A program made the position numbers and the translations under genes. From assembly GCF_030028105.1 (NCBI RefSeq), contig NC_092371.1, positions 205,776,031 through 205,840,030 of the forward strand: a DNA stretch of 64,000 bases, read 5' to 3'. Of this stretch, positions 24,675 through 37,826 are shown in pieces. Every line of letters begins with the position of its first letter. Position 1 is the first letter of the stretch. The notes under the pieces were generated by a model, which had not been told where the DNA came from, made no database searches, and was given only the letters and a program-made list of their open reading frames with translations. This DNA is from Mobula birostris. Its lineage: Eukaryota.

Positions 24675-25275
24675 TATGTTATCTAAAACTTTGACGAAGT
24701 TTGATAGATGTGTGGTGAAGAGTATATTGACCAGTTACATCATGGTCTAGTACGGAAACACTAATGCCCTTGAATGGAAACGCCTAAAAAAAGGGTTGGA
24801 TATGCCCAGTCCATCATGGATAAAGCTCACCCCAATGAGCACATCTACATGAGCAGGCTCTCTTCTCACTACTGCCATCAGGAAGAAGGTACAGGAGCCT
24901 CAGGACCCACACCACCAGGTTCAGGAACTGTTATTACCCTGCAACCACCAGGGTCTTAAACCAAAAGATAAATTCACTCCCCCTCCAATAAACACTGAAC
25001 TGTTTCCACAATCTATTGAGACACTTTAAAAGACTTTTCATCTCATGTTCTTGATTTTTATTGCATTTATATGTTATTATTTTTTTCTTTCTTTTTGTAT
25101 TTGCAGTTTGTTGTTTTTTTGCACATTGGCTGTTGTCCATTCTGTTGGGTGCGGTCTTTCACTGATTTTATTGTGTTCCTCATGTTTACTGTAAATGGCC
25201 CAAAAGAAAATCTCAGAGTTCAGAGTTGTATATGGTGATGTATATGAAATTGATAATAAATTTACTTTGAACTTT
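24675..25275 (+). mobile_element. Rex1/Babar LINE 3' end
   Basis: ctgccatcaggaagaaggtacaggagcctc (LPSGRRYRSL); 3' end gataataaatttactttgaacttt. Confidence 0.75.
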
Positions 25276-26774
25276 CAACATTGGTTTAATATCAGCTCAG
25301 ACTGTTTCCAGTCTCTCGTGATATCATGCAGCGAGGCAATGTGCTCAAGCAATCAGCAGTTTATTTACCCCTGGCTTGACAATAAGATTATGTTAATGAG
25401 CGATCAGCTTTGTAGCACTGTCTGCAGTAGATTGAGGGGGCAAGGTAAAGTCATTCATTGTGTTCCCATCACAACTTTTCCAGCATTATCCAATTTAATC
25501 TGCCTTGCGCTTAATAATGGTTGGAGTTTTTATTTTTTTGTATATAACTGAGATTCAAATAACAAAGAAGTACAATAGTGACAATGGTAAGAGAAGCAAT
25601 GTGCATAGAAATTCAACTATATGCCGCCTTTTCACTTTTATTCCACTTTTTTAAGTGTATGCAGACAAATATTTTTTTCTGTAAGCATCTGATTATCTGC
25701 CCATATTTTCAAAATCTAAGTCTATTTCTGATAGCCTTTAGGGATTTGTGCATGGTGACTTCTGCCATAATAACTTCCAGGAGTTTCTTACCCCACTCAG
25801 GGCAAACATCACTCCTGGAACAATGCCTTTTTTGTATTTTTTAAGAAATCAATGAAAATCATTCACAGTATGAATATCTGCACCATATGAGATCCATCTA
25901 ATCTTTATATGTACTGCAGAAAGAATATTTTCTTGTCTATTGTATTGCTGGCATTTTGCAATCTGAGTCACTGAAGAATCTAAGTGCTTCTGACAATCCT
26001 TCCCTTAGGATAACAAGTGAATCACGAGTCTGATTCAAATTCAGATTGTTCTCATTTTCTTAACTGATTGCAGTCACAATCAGTAAATTACAAGGCTGTG
26101 GTACTTGGCTAACAAAAGAATTTGTTGAAAGAGAAGCTTGCAAATGATCATTAAAAAAATTGTTGCCAACTTAGCATTAATTAAATAATTGGTCAAAGCC
26201 GATGAAGCTTCAATCACATTCACTGTCTTTTAAATGCAACTCCCCAATATGCTTTTGTTCGGTAGGTACAAGGAGACCATACAGATGTTATAAATTAGTT
26301 CTCTATAATTGTCTCTTGGCAGTTATAAAGACATATCACAATTGATGATTTAATTTGGAACACGCATAAAAGATCCAACCTGGCAAACTACTAAAGGGCA
26401 TCATTCTTTTTACTATTGTTCAACATGTTCCATTGATTTTCATAAAAGCAAGCCCTGGTTCAAGATTTCAAATACTTGCATCCAATTAGCTGTTACAGTT
26501 AATCAGGGAAGAGTAATACAGCAAACTTAATTCTGGAAACCCGTAGGGACAAAATTAGAATTCAGGAAAACTCTCAGCTAACGTTTATTGTTCAATGGGC
26601 ACGATGATATCCTATATGGCTATTTATCATTTGGTTGTTGTAAGGCAATGTGCAAACTCTGGCTGCAATGTTAGCTCCATTATGCCAATGGACAATCCAA
26701 GTTGTTCACCAATCTGTTTCCAGGGATGGTGGAACTAGCACATCAAAATAAAGAGTGGATCAACTAAGCAGGTT

Positions 26775-27450
26775 TTACTAGAGCTGATTGCAGACTTCAG
26801 GAACGAGAAATTGGGATAAAATGCACCAGTTCTTTTTGAGGAGTCATCGTTAGAAAGGGTGAGCAGCATTAGGTTCCTGGGGTCAGCATTTCAGAGGATC
26901 GTCCTCCAGCCAGCACATTGATGCAATCATGGAGAAATCATGCCAACAGCACTACTTCATTAAAATTCTGAGCAGACTTGGTATATCACCAAAGACCTCT
27001 CACAAGTTTCTGTAGGTATATGGTAGAGAGCATTCTGACTACTTGTATCACAGCCTGGTATGCACAGGATCATAAGAAACTACAGAGGGTTGTAGATTTA
27101 GCTGGATCCATCACACGCACAACCCTTCCCACCATCGAGGGCAGCCTTAATAGGTGGTGCATCAAGAAAATGGCATCCATCATTGAGGACTCTCACCATC
27201 TGGTTAATGCTCTCTTCACATTACTACCATCAAAGAGGTGTTACAGGAACCTGAAGACCATGCTCAGTGATTCAACAACAGCATCTTCCCCTCCACCATT
27301 AGATTTTTGAACGTCCCATGAACAATACCTCACTATTTCCTTATTTTTAGCATAATTTATTTTGGAATTTATAGTAATTTAATGCCTTTGCACTGTACTG
27401 CTACTGGAAAACAACAACATTTTTATGTCATTTAAGTAAGTGGTAACTGT
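26775..27450 (+). mobile_element. Rex1/Babar LINE 3' part
   Basis: ORF 26978-27310 (VESILTTCITAWY..KKLQRVV..LFTLLPS). Confidence 0.8.
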
Positions 27451-27727
27451 GAGGATATCTCATTGAACAGTACCAAATTCTGCCAGAGGTGACAGACTGG
27501 ATGCAGGGAGTACATTTCCTTTGGTTAGGGGGAGCTAAAACCAGTCCATCATTCAGGACTGAGTCAGTGGAGGGTTGTGGAGGCCAAGTTGCTGAACACA
27601 TTTAAGTAGAAAACAGACAGATTTCCACATTCCAGAGAAGTGGGTCGAAATCAGATATTAGATATTGAGATAGAGAATCAACCAATCTGAATGGTGAAAA
27701 AGTCTCAAAGGTTTGAATATCTACTCG

Positions 27728-28020
27728 GATGGCATGGTAGTGTAGTGGCTAGCATAATGCATTACAACGCAGGCTCAGTTCCCACTGCTATCTGTAAAGA
27801 ATATATATGTTGTCCCCATGACCATGTGGGTTTTCTCTGAGTGCTCTGGTTTTCTCTCATATTCAAAAGCCATACAGCTTTGTAAGGTTTAATAGGTTGG
27901 TGACACCAGTGGGCTGCCCTCAGCACATTCTCAGACTGTGTTGGTCGTTGACACAAACAGTGCATTAAACTGTATATTTCCATTTCTCGATGTACATGTG
28001 ACAAATAAAGCTAATCTTTA
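27728..28020 (+). mobile_element. V-SINE-derived element
   Basis: tRNA-like head ggcatggtagtgtagtggctagc and V-domain gaccatgtgggttttctctgagtgctctggtttt; different 3' part ending aataaagctaatctttatc. Confidence 0.65.
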
Positions 28021-28785
28021 TCATTAAGTCTTAACCCTAATCCAATGTTTCTCTTTCTAAAAGCATGGCCTTCAATGTGAAGCTGTACTGGATATTGTGA
28101 AGGCACTAAAGTTGAGATCAGGGAAAGAAGCAAACAAAAGCTACTTTGAAGCATGCAAGCTGACTAGTTTATCCAGACCTACCACAGTCTTTGGAAAGGT
28201 GGCAAACTATCAGATAAATGTCAATTATAGGGTGCAACATGATACAACAAATTGAAGAAAAAAATGTGTTGGGCATCTTTCCTGTGATTCTGGCTTTCAT
28301 CCAACCATCTGCAAGTTGTGAGCGAGATATAAAAATGGTAAAGCATGTGGGTGGGGAAGACAATGCAGCAGGCTAACTTTACACAAGAGGCGAGGCTTAG
28401 CTTATGCAATTAAATCTATTTCTGCTTTTGATACAGAATAAAAAAAATGTATTGGATAGGTTTCACATTGGAAGATGTTTTTGAAGGATCAAAATGCTTA
28501 AGCAAAAGTCAGACCTTCTGATCCACAGAAGACTTTAGAAATGTCAGCTACTGATACTTCTTCAAAGCAGTAATGTGTTGAAGTTTATTTGACTATGATA
28601 TACATTATGGTCTTCTACAACTAAAGAAGTGTATGTCAAACAGTAGACACCTACGTAGACTATTGTTTATTGAATACAGCTTCATCTTCAGTACTCTAAG
28701 AAAACTCATCTCTAAGCTCTTAACGGGAGACTCCACACCTCCTTTTCTAACTACATCCTTGATATCCTGACCAACAGAATATAAT

Positions 28786-29560
28786 CACAAACAAGAGAAA
28801 ATCTGCAGATGGTGGGAATTCAAAAAACACACAGAAAATGCTGGAGGAACCCAGCCGGCCAGGCAGCATCTAGGGAAAAAAAGTACAGTCGATGTTTCGG
28901 GCTGGGAAAGTAAAGAGCTGGGAAGTTGATTGGTGAAAGAGATACAGGGCTGGGGAAGGGGGAGTCTGATAGGAGAGGACAGAAGGCCATGGAAGAAGGA
29001 AAAGGGAGAGGAGCACCAAAGGGAGGCAATGGACAGGCAAGGAGATGAGGAGAGAGGGAAAAGGAGATGGAAAATTGTGAAGCAAGGGTGGGCGGGCATC
29101 ACCAGAAGTTCAAGATATTGATGTTCATACCATCAGGTTGGATGCTAGCCAGACGGAATATAAGGTGTTGTTCCTCTAACCTGTGTGTGGCCTCATTACG
29201 ACAGTAGAGGAGGCCATGGATTGACATGTCGGAGTGGAAATGGGAAGTGGAATTAAAATGGATGGGCACTGGGAGCTCCCGCTTCTTCTGGCAGATGGAG
29301 TGTAGGTGCTCAGTGAAGCAGTCTCCCAATATATGTCGGGTCACACCTGTATACTGGAGGCCACACCAGGAGTACTGGACACAGTAAGTGACCCCAACAG
29401 ACTCACAGGTGAAATGTTGCTTCACCTGGAAGGACTGTTTAGGGCCCTGAATGGTAGTGAGGGATGAGATGTAGGAGCAGGTGTAGCACTTGATCTGCTT
29501 ACAAGGATAAGTGCCAGGAGGGAGATCAATGGGGAAGGATGAATGGATAAGGGAGATGCA
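28786..29560 (-). mobile_element. Penelope-like element 3' part (GIY-YIG)
   Basis: ORF 29099-29620: CKQIKCYTC..GPKQSFQVKQHFTCESVGVTYCVQYSWCGLQYTGVT..HFNSTSH..LEEQHLIFRLASIQPDGMN; terminal repeat 28786-28905 with an internal deletion. Confidence 0.88.
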
Positions 29561-30885
29561 TACTACAATGCTCTGTTGTGGCAATGTGGCAGCAACTACT
29601 CTGTCATAACTATTCCCCACAAGGAAACCCTAACCCTAACACTGATAATTGTATAGTAAGAAACTGGATCTGCGGACTGAATGAGTGTGACTACCTGGAG
29701 CGTATCTTCTTTGAGCAATGAGAGTTCAAAATTCAGAAATAAACACATGCAGGACTGAAAGCGAGGGTAAATCAAAGGGGGTGAATGCAATGTCAGAGGA
29801 AGAAATAGAGAAAAGGAGGAATTATATCATCAACCAGATACTTTAAAGTATTTAAAATATTATCACAAAATAATCAAAATATGTCAATTATTAAAACTAA
29901 ATAAATTGAAGATAAAACAGCAAAACGTATCACTCTGCAATGAGGTTCATGAGTATTTAAGGGGAAAATGCCCCAAAAACTTTTAATGCTGATTTGTGAA
30001 ACTAATCACACAATTTATGGAAAAAAACTATTTGGAGAGATAAATACTTGCTGGAATATTTACTCTACAATGATCATCAGAGTCACTAACTTTGCTGCTA
30101 CTTTGATGGTTAATTCCAGTTCATTAGAAGAAAATAAATTGGATTGCCTTGCATATTGTTTAATGGTTATTGACTATGTAAAGAATAAAGTGCTGATCTG
30201 CAAAAATTTATTCAGCACAATAGATTTAATGGATCTGAAACAGCATTTATGAACACAGTGTGAAAATCCAGTCATTATTAAAAAATTAAATTAAATTTAC
30301 AAGGGCTGGAAAATTTAGAATCTGGATAACTGGCACACAATTTTCACCTTTTGGTGTCAGTATAACTCGTGTGAGTGCCGAGGAACAAAAATGTGAGTGC
30401 TGTGGTTATAAAGACCTATCCAGTGCCTGACAGTACTGCTAATGTTAAAAGATGATGATAGGAGCATCTTAGCTTTCTCTTTTTATGCAGATGGAAAATA
30501 ATTGTCACAAGAACAGTGAAATGCTGACTGATACACTTATATCTTCTCAAAGCACAATTCAGATTAGTTTAAGGTTCAGTCACATTGAAGACTTAAGTCA
30601 AGAACAAAAACTCAACTGGTCCAAAATGCCCCAGACCAAAACAGTCCCATTTCCAGCATTTGGTCCATAATTTTTTAGAATTTTCCAATCCATGTACCTG
30701 TCCAATTTCCATTTAAATTTTATTATTGTACCTGCTTCAAACACTCGTTCTGATAGCTAATTCCACGTACATGCCATCTTTTGTGTAAAAAGTTGCTACT
30801 TGTCCCTCTTAAATCTTCTCCCTCTCATCTTAATTCTTATGCCTGTTAATGCTTGATTCCTCAGTCCTGCGAAAAAGACTGAGTA

Positions 30886-31449
30886 CAGTGGTTTCTGGTT
30901 AATTGGGCCATTAGTTAATCAGGGCAGCTGGTTTTTTGCGACTACTCTTAAAAGTTAATCGAGAAAATAGCTGGAATCCCTTTGTTTATTTGGGACACCG
31001 GGAGTGAAAATGAAATGATTTTGTTACTTCAACAAGTTAGACACTATGAGGAATTTAAAGGTATCGACAATCGTCTTGAATTTTACAATGAAAATGAAGA
31101 TATGGAGGATGTAATTGTTGATAGCATTGTATAAAGGCAGTCCATTATCTACACTAGGTGTCCACGCTGATTTTGCTCAATTTACCATCATACAAAAGAA
31201 CATGGCAGCGTACACTGGATGAACTATTGGAAATTAATACACAGTTTTATAGTACTGTAGTAATATTGATAGTGCTCAAATTTGTTCTTTATTTTGTTTA
31301 AATACATAACTTGTTACTCAGCTAAATAGTAGTTTGTCATTTTTATACCTTTTTAACTATTTTCATGATACTTTGGTTAGTTGGGGCAGCCACAGATTTT
31401 GGCCAAAATGTTCTGGTCTAGATGTGTCCCAAATAACCGGAATCCACTG
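30886..31449. mobile_element. Tigger/pogo-like DNA transposon MITE
   Basis: TIRs cagtggtttctggttaattgggcca / tgtcccaaataaccggaatccactg, flanked by TA and TG. Confidence 0.8.
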
Positions 31450-31996
31450 TGATTGTATATTCATCCTATATCTAGTCCCCTCATGTTTTATACGCCTCTG
31501 AAAGATGAGCGCTCGGTCTCCTACATACCATGGAATAAACCCCTAACCTAGCCAACCTCTCCTTCTAACCATTCCCTCAAGTCCTGGCAATGTAAATTTT
31601 TTGCACTCTTTCTTGTTTAATATCTTTCTTATAGCGAGTGACCAAAATCTGAATGCAGTACTCCAAGTGCAGCCTCAGCACATCCTGTTTAACCATGCCA
31701 CACACTCCCAGCTCTTATACTCAATACCCTGATTTATTAAGGCCAGCTTGCCAAAAGCCTTCTTCACCACCCTGTGACTCCATTTTCAGTGAGTCAGGTA
31801 TTTGCACTCCAAGGTTCCTCTGTCTATATCACTTAAGTACCCTAGGCTTCACTGTGAAAGTTCTACTGTGTTGCATTTTGACTTTCCAAAATGCAACACC
31901 TCCCAATTTTTCTGAATTTAACCCCATTTGCCATTCCTTGTCCCGATTACTCAGCTGATCAAGATCCCACTCCAATTTTCAATAAGCTTCTTATAA

Positions 31997-32280
31997 AATA
32001 CATGATTTTAAATGAATCGGAGTAATGTAAATAAGTGATACTTGGAATTGGATTGTGTTAAAAGATTATGATTTTTTTTGTTTTGATGTGATGATTGATG
32101 CCAAGTATGTTGTTGTATAAGTAAGAGGGGTAGGCGTAATAAACTGTAGCTTTAGCCTACACCCTTTTGGTCTGTTTTAAAGAATATCTATGCTTTTTTG
32201 TTGTAATTTTGTCCTATGAAATCATCGTTGAAAATGATACATTTGTTATGTTTGTACTGACCAAAATAAATTTCATTCAT
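31997..32280 (+). mobile_element. 3' UTR of an L2/Crack-like LINE
   Basis: Stem-loop aagaggggtaggc..gcctacaccctttt, then aataaa and a (TTCA)n tail; interrupts a CR1. Confidence 0.55.
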
Positions 32281-32949
32281 TAACTTCCTACTATACCGCC
32301 AATTTTAGGGTCTTGTGCAAAGTCACTAACAATTCCTTGTACATTCTTATTCAAATCCTTGATATAGATGACAAACAAAAGCCTACTGTTTGGCATGTGA
32401 TGTGCTCCTAATCTACTATAAGTTGCCAAGGTGTCACGAAAGCCATCATTGATATCCCGTGGGGTCATGATGGAATGAATATTTCATGCCATCCTTTTGG
32501 TCTGCAACCTCTGGCATGATTTTCCATAGGTTCCACCTTCAATGCATCTCTAGTACTTTCCAGTTGAGTGCGAATACACTCATTCGGTTCCAGCAATGCC
32601 CATTTGTTATAGCCCAAGAATCAGCACCCAGGGATTCTCCTTCCTCTCCTACTCTAACTTCAGTATTCTCCAAGAAGTTATCCTTAGCCCTTTCAATTAA
32701 AGTCTGCTGTTGGTAACATTATTAGAAAACATAGTGCCACTCTACTATATACAACAGTCAGCTTTGTCCGTCACATTGCTCAATTAATCCACTGTCATTA
32801 ATTGTCATATTGCTTGTCCAACCATCAGCTACTGCATAAGCAGAGGATTCTTCCAATAGTATTTTGGGAAGACTTAATAGAACACCTTTGATATCTGGCC
32901 TCTGATTCTATCCACTCCCTGACAAATATATGAAGCTGCACCAGACGTG

Positions 32950-33242
32950 TCATGGCAGTGTAGTGACTAGCAGGACGCAATTACAGCCCGGGGTGTTGAT
33001 GTTTCGATTTCAGTTCCCCCGCCTTCTGTAAGAAAATCTATACGTTCTTTCTGTCTGCATGTGAGGCTCCTCCAGGTGCTCTGGTATAATTCCACAATAC
33101 AAGGAAGTACGTACCAGTTAGAAGGCTAATTGGTCATTGTAAGTTGTCCTGTGATTAGGCTAGGGTTAATTTGGTGGGTTGCTGGGTAACACAGTTCAGT
33201 GGACCAGAAGGGCCTGTTCCACGCTGTATCTCTAAATAAAAA
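32950..33242 (+). mobile_element. V-SINE (HE1-like)
   Basis: tRNA-like head, V domain, and tail gggcctgttccacgctgtatctctaaataaa. Confidence 0.78.
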
Positions 33243-33467
33243 TTTATTTTTAAATCTTTGGTGGCATACTTGACTCCACAATGAACTTTAGATCACATAC
33301 CATTACCTGGGCCATTTGCTTCCAAGTTAAAACTCTGTAACACTGCTTGACATCACTCCTGGGCCTCTCACCTGCCAAAACCCTGTCCATTCCTTGCTTT
33401 CTTTTACATTTGACTATTCCGATATATTCTTTGTCTGACTTCCTTGTTTTACCATTCATAAACCAGC

Positions 33468-33653
33468 TGTGGTGATATGACGTGGAAGAGCATGATTGGA
33501 GAGAGTTCTGAGCATGCGCAGGAATGATAGAAAGAACAAGAAACATGGTATTGTAAAAACGTTGTGGTTGTTGTTAAATAAAAGTTCTATTTCTTCCAGA
33601 AGATGGTTCTTTATTAGTAACCCACAGTATGTAAAAATATAAAGAACACAACA
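33468..33653 (+). repeat. 5' LTR (186 bp)
   Basis: tgtggtgata..aacacaaca; direct repeat of 37651-37826. Confidence 0.95.
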
Positions 33654-33666
33654 TGGTGTCAGAAGT
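33654..33666 (+). promoter_or_regulatory. Primer-binding site, tRNA-Leu(CAA) type
   Basis: TGGTGTCAGAAGT immediately after the 5' LTR. Confidence 0.85.
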
Positions 33667-36600
33667 CGGTCTGGAAGAATAATACTTTTCCTAACACGGG
33701 AGAATCGAAGATAATTTTCTGAAAAAAGAGTTCAAACTGTTTTGGTTTTGCTAACAGTTTTACAAATGTGGGTTTGCAGCCTCCGTTGACACTTCAATTG
33801 TCTGGGAATGTAGCTGAGAACTGGAGAAAATTTAAGCAACGTTTTGAATTGTATTTATCGGCGATTGATGCGGATTGAAAACAGGAACAAAATGAAAGCT
33901 GCGCTTCTACTCCACGTAATAGGTGACAACGCAATTGAGGTGTATAATCATTTTATTTTTGAAAATGGAGATAATTTAAAGTTAAAATCGATAATGGATA
34001 AATTTGAAGCATTTTGTATACCGAAACGTAATGTGACGTATGAGTGGCATAGATTTTTTACGTGTATGCAGAGAGATTGTGAAACTATTGATCAATATGT
34101 TACTAAGTTGAGACATCGGAGTAAAACATGCGAGTTTGGGGAGCTGACAGACTCTCTCATCAAAGACAGAACTGTTTCTGGAATTCTGGATGATGGTCTG
34201 AGAGAAAGACTGTTAGGAGAACAAGACTTAGACTTGGAAAAAGCTTTGATGCTCTGCAAACCTTCGGAAACCGTGACATCACAGGCTAAAGGACTTTTCA
34301 TTGAGAACTGCAACATGTTAGAAAAAGTAATAAAATGATAACAAAACCGACAGAGAGCAAGACGTCATCTCAGAGAAAAAAGTGATGTGATCGCTGTGGG
34401 GGGCAGCATCGGCCAAAACAGTGTCCAGCGTATGGGAAAATGTGCAACGACTGTGGTAAGAGTAATCATTTTTCACGCTGTTGCAGAAGTAGAAAGAAAA
34501 TAAAACAAGTAAATGCAGTGCTTGAAAATGAACTGGAGGAGTTTTATATAGATGTGCTTTGTGAAAACAAACAAAGTAAGAATGGCTGGACTATTCTATT
34601 GCAAGTGAACCAAAACAATATTCTATTTAAACTTGATACTGGAGCACAAGTAAATGTTCTTGTGGAATCTCAGTTTAATGCATTAAAACCAAGACCAAAG
34701 GAACATAAGGCAAATATGATTGGGTATTCAGGTGCAGACATTCCAGTTAAAGGAACATGTGTGGCAAAAGAATCACACAAAAATATTGTGCACACACTTT
34801 CATTTGTGGTGGTGCCAAAGAATGTACAGTCAATACTCGGTTTATCTGCCTGTGAGAGACTGAATTTGGTGAGAAGAGTGTGAGTCCTGGACAGTGACAC
34901 AGAGTCAGAATACAGTGACTTGATGAAAGAGTATGAGGACTTGTTCAAAGGGCTTGGTTATCTTCCAGGACAGCACACGATTAAAATTGACAACACAATG
35001 CCACCCGTAGTACATCCATGTAGAAAAGTGCCTTTTGCATTACGTCATCAACTGAAAACAGAGCTTGACGGAATGGAACAGCTAGGAGTCATAAAAAAAA
35101 TTGATGAACCGTCTGAATGGGTCAACTCGCTTGCCATTGTTGATAAGAAAAATGAAAAATTGAGGACTTGCTTAGATCCAAGAGACTTGAATCGAGTCAT
35201 TAAAAGAGAGTGTTTCAAATTGCCTACTTGTGAACAAATTATGCCACAGTTTGATAATGCAAAGTACTTTAGTAAATTAGATGCATCCTCTGGATTCTCG
35301 CAACTTAAACTAGATGAACGTTCAAAGTTGTGTACCTTTAACACTCCTTTTGCCAGATACTGTTTTCTTTGACTTCCATTTGGAATTGCATCAGCTCCTG
35401 AAGTGTACCATAAAACCATTCACATGCTCTATGAGCACATTGAGGGCGTGGATACTTCCATGGATGATATAATTGTTTGGGGATTATCTAAACAAGAGCA
35501 TGACGCCAGGCTCAGACAAGTCTTTGAGGCAACACGCAAGGCAAACCTGAAGTTGAATAAAGACAAAATTCAGCTAGGAGTGTCTGAACTTACCTTTGAG
35601 GGTGATATCATCAGCAAAGAGGGTGTGCATCCTGATCCATTGAAGGTTTCTGCTATTGAGAACATACCAAGATCGCAATGTAAAAAGGATGTTCAAAGGT
35701 TCATGGGAATGGTCAACTACATGGGAAAACTCATACCCAATCTTTTGGAACAGCTTGCTCCATTGAGGCTGCTAACAGAAAAGAGAAACAAATGGAGCTG
35801 GAATCATGAACAGGAGAAGGCATGGCAAAATCTCAAGAAAGTGCTCACTAAAGAACCTGTGTTGAAATTCTATGATGTTGAGAGACCCATCAAAATCTCA
35901 TGTGATGCATCTCAAGCAGGCTTAGGGGCAGTATTACTCCAGAAACATGATCAGCAATGGCTAAAAGTGGCATATGCATCTCGTTCATTATCTGATCCAG
36001 AAACAAGGTACAGTATGCCCAGATTGAAAAAGAATTGCTCAACATTATGTCTGCTTGCGAGAGATTTCATCAGTTTGTGTCAGGGCAACCTATTGATGTT
36101 GAAACTGATCATAAGCCTCTGATTACATTATTTCACAAACCTTTAAGTGACTGTCCTTTGCGAATTCAGTGAACGATGATCAAATTGCAAGTTATGTATT
36201 GAATGTTTCATACACACCTGGAAAATTCATGTACACGGCTGACATACTTTCCAGAGCTGTGGATCCAACAACAAAAGACGTCACAGGGACGCTGCTGATG
36301 TTCAGGCTTTTGTTAATATGATCATAGAGACTATAACTGTTGCTCCCGAAAAGTTGGAACTGCTGCGTCTTGAGACAGAGGAGGATAAAATTCTCAGTCA
36401 TGTAATACAAGTGGTGATGGATGGATGGCCAGATAATAAGCATGACTGTACCTCAGAGGTACATGAATATTGGAACCACAGATCAAAACTTTCTGTTGTG
36501 GATGGGATATTGTACAAAGCCAGCAGAATTGTGATTCCTAGAGGTCTCTGGAAAGAAGTGCTTGGGAAAGTTCTTGAAGGCCACCTAGGTATTGAAAAAT

Positions 36601-37650
36601 GTAAAAGAAGGACACGGGAAGTGATGTTTTGGCCCAGGATGAATCAAGAAATTGTGGAATTGGTGTCTTCTTGTCAAATATGCCTTAAATACCAACCTAG
36701 CAACCCTAAGGAGCCACTGCATCCACATCCTAGTCCTCAGAGACCTTATCAGAAAGTAGGCATTGATCTTTTTGTAACTGACAACAAAGATTATCTTTTA
36801 ATAACAGATTACTGCTCATTGTATCCTAAAGTGTGTGGTCTGAGCAGAACAACTGCAGAGAATGTAATTACATGCATGAAATCAGTTTTTTCCAGACATG
36901 GTGTACCTGATGAAGTTTTCACAGACAATGGTCCACAGTTCAATGCTGAATGCATGAGACATTTTGCTCATGAATGGGGCTTTGTTCATACAACATCTAG
37001 TCCATTTTTCCTTCAATCCAATGGATTAGTTGAGAGATCGGTAGGAATTATGAAGAAACTGATGTACAAAGCAAAAGATAGTGGAGGTGATTTTTATAAA
37101 GCTTTGTTAGCCTATTGCAGTACTCCAATTGAATGTGGATTTTCACCTGCTCCGCTCTTGATGGGACACTGTTTGAGATCCAATCTGCCAATAGATGAGA
37201 GCCTTCTGAGAACAGAGGGAGGTGAACAAGTGAAAAGATGGAAAGATGAACACAAAGCAAAGCAGAAAACATACTTTGACAGATGTTCTCAATCATTACC
37301 TGAACTGCACCAAGGAGATGAAGTAAGGATACAAGACAAAATGAACACATGGACACAGAAAGCTACAGTATTTGAAGAAGTACAACCCACATCATACATG
37401 GTCCAAACAGAAGGAGCAGTGTTAAGAAGAAATCGCAAAGACCTCAAGAAAGAGCCAACTTTAGAGTTTCAGTTAACTAATGCAGACGAGACAAAACGTG
37501 GAAATAACAACGAAACGCAAGAACTGTGTGAACCGCTTAGAAGGTCTACTCGTGTTCATAAGCACCCAGGGAGGCTGATAGAGACATGTTAAATCATGCA
37601 TTTGTTACGGTCAATATTGCTAATTGTTTTTCTTTTTAAGGAAAGGAAGA

Positions 37651-37826
37651 TGTGGTGATATGACATGATTGGAGAGAGCTCTGAGCATGCGCAGGAATGA
37701 TAGAAATTTCGAGAGACATGGTATTGTAAAAACATTGTGGTTGTTGTTAAATAAAAGTTCTATTTCTTCCAGAAGAAAGTTATTTATTAGTAATCCACGG
37801 TAGGTATGAATATAAAGAACACAACA
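37651..37826 (+). repeat. 3' LTR (176 bp)
   Basis: Copy of the 5' LTR with a 10-bp deletion and about 15 substitutions. Confidence 0.95.

Larger units (their letters stand above)
30595..32385 (-). mobile_element. Old CR1 fragment hosting two insertions
   Basis: LLFVIYIKDLNKNVQGIVSDFAQD (ORF 32280-32468) and the LEYC region near 31655. Confidence 0.7.
33468..37826 (+). mobile_element. Full-length Ty3/Gypsy LTR retrotransposon (Mag-like), inactivated
   Basis: 5-bp TSD CCAGC (33463-33467 and 37827-37831); TG..CA LTRs; PBS; PPT aaggaaaggaaga 37638-37650; gag with two CCHC knuckles, protease LDTGAQ, RT, RNase H (CDASQAGLGAVL) and integrase (HLG..C..C, D..TDNGPQF..E) in Gypsy order; several stops and frameshifts. 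Confidence 0.97.

Noticed and set aside
25801-25835. Minus-strand GIVPGVMFALS resembling the start of the penultimate NT5C1 exon
   Set aside because: No AFDGD motif follows, in-frame stop, purine-rich acceptor.
29626-29640. (TAACCC)n telomere-like repeat beside a Penelope element
   Set aside because: Only about 2.5 units and 65 nt from the element edge; chance level.
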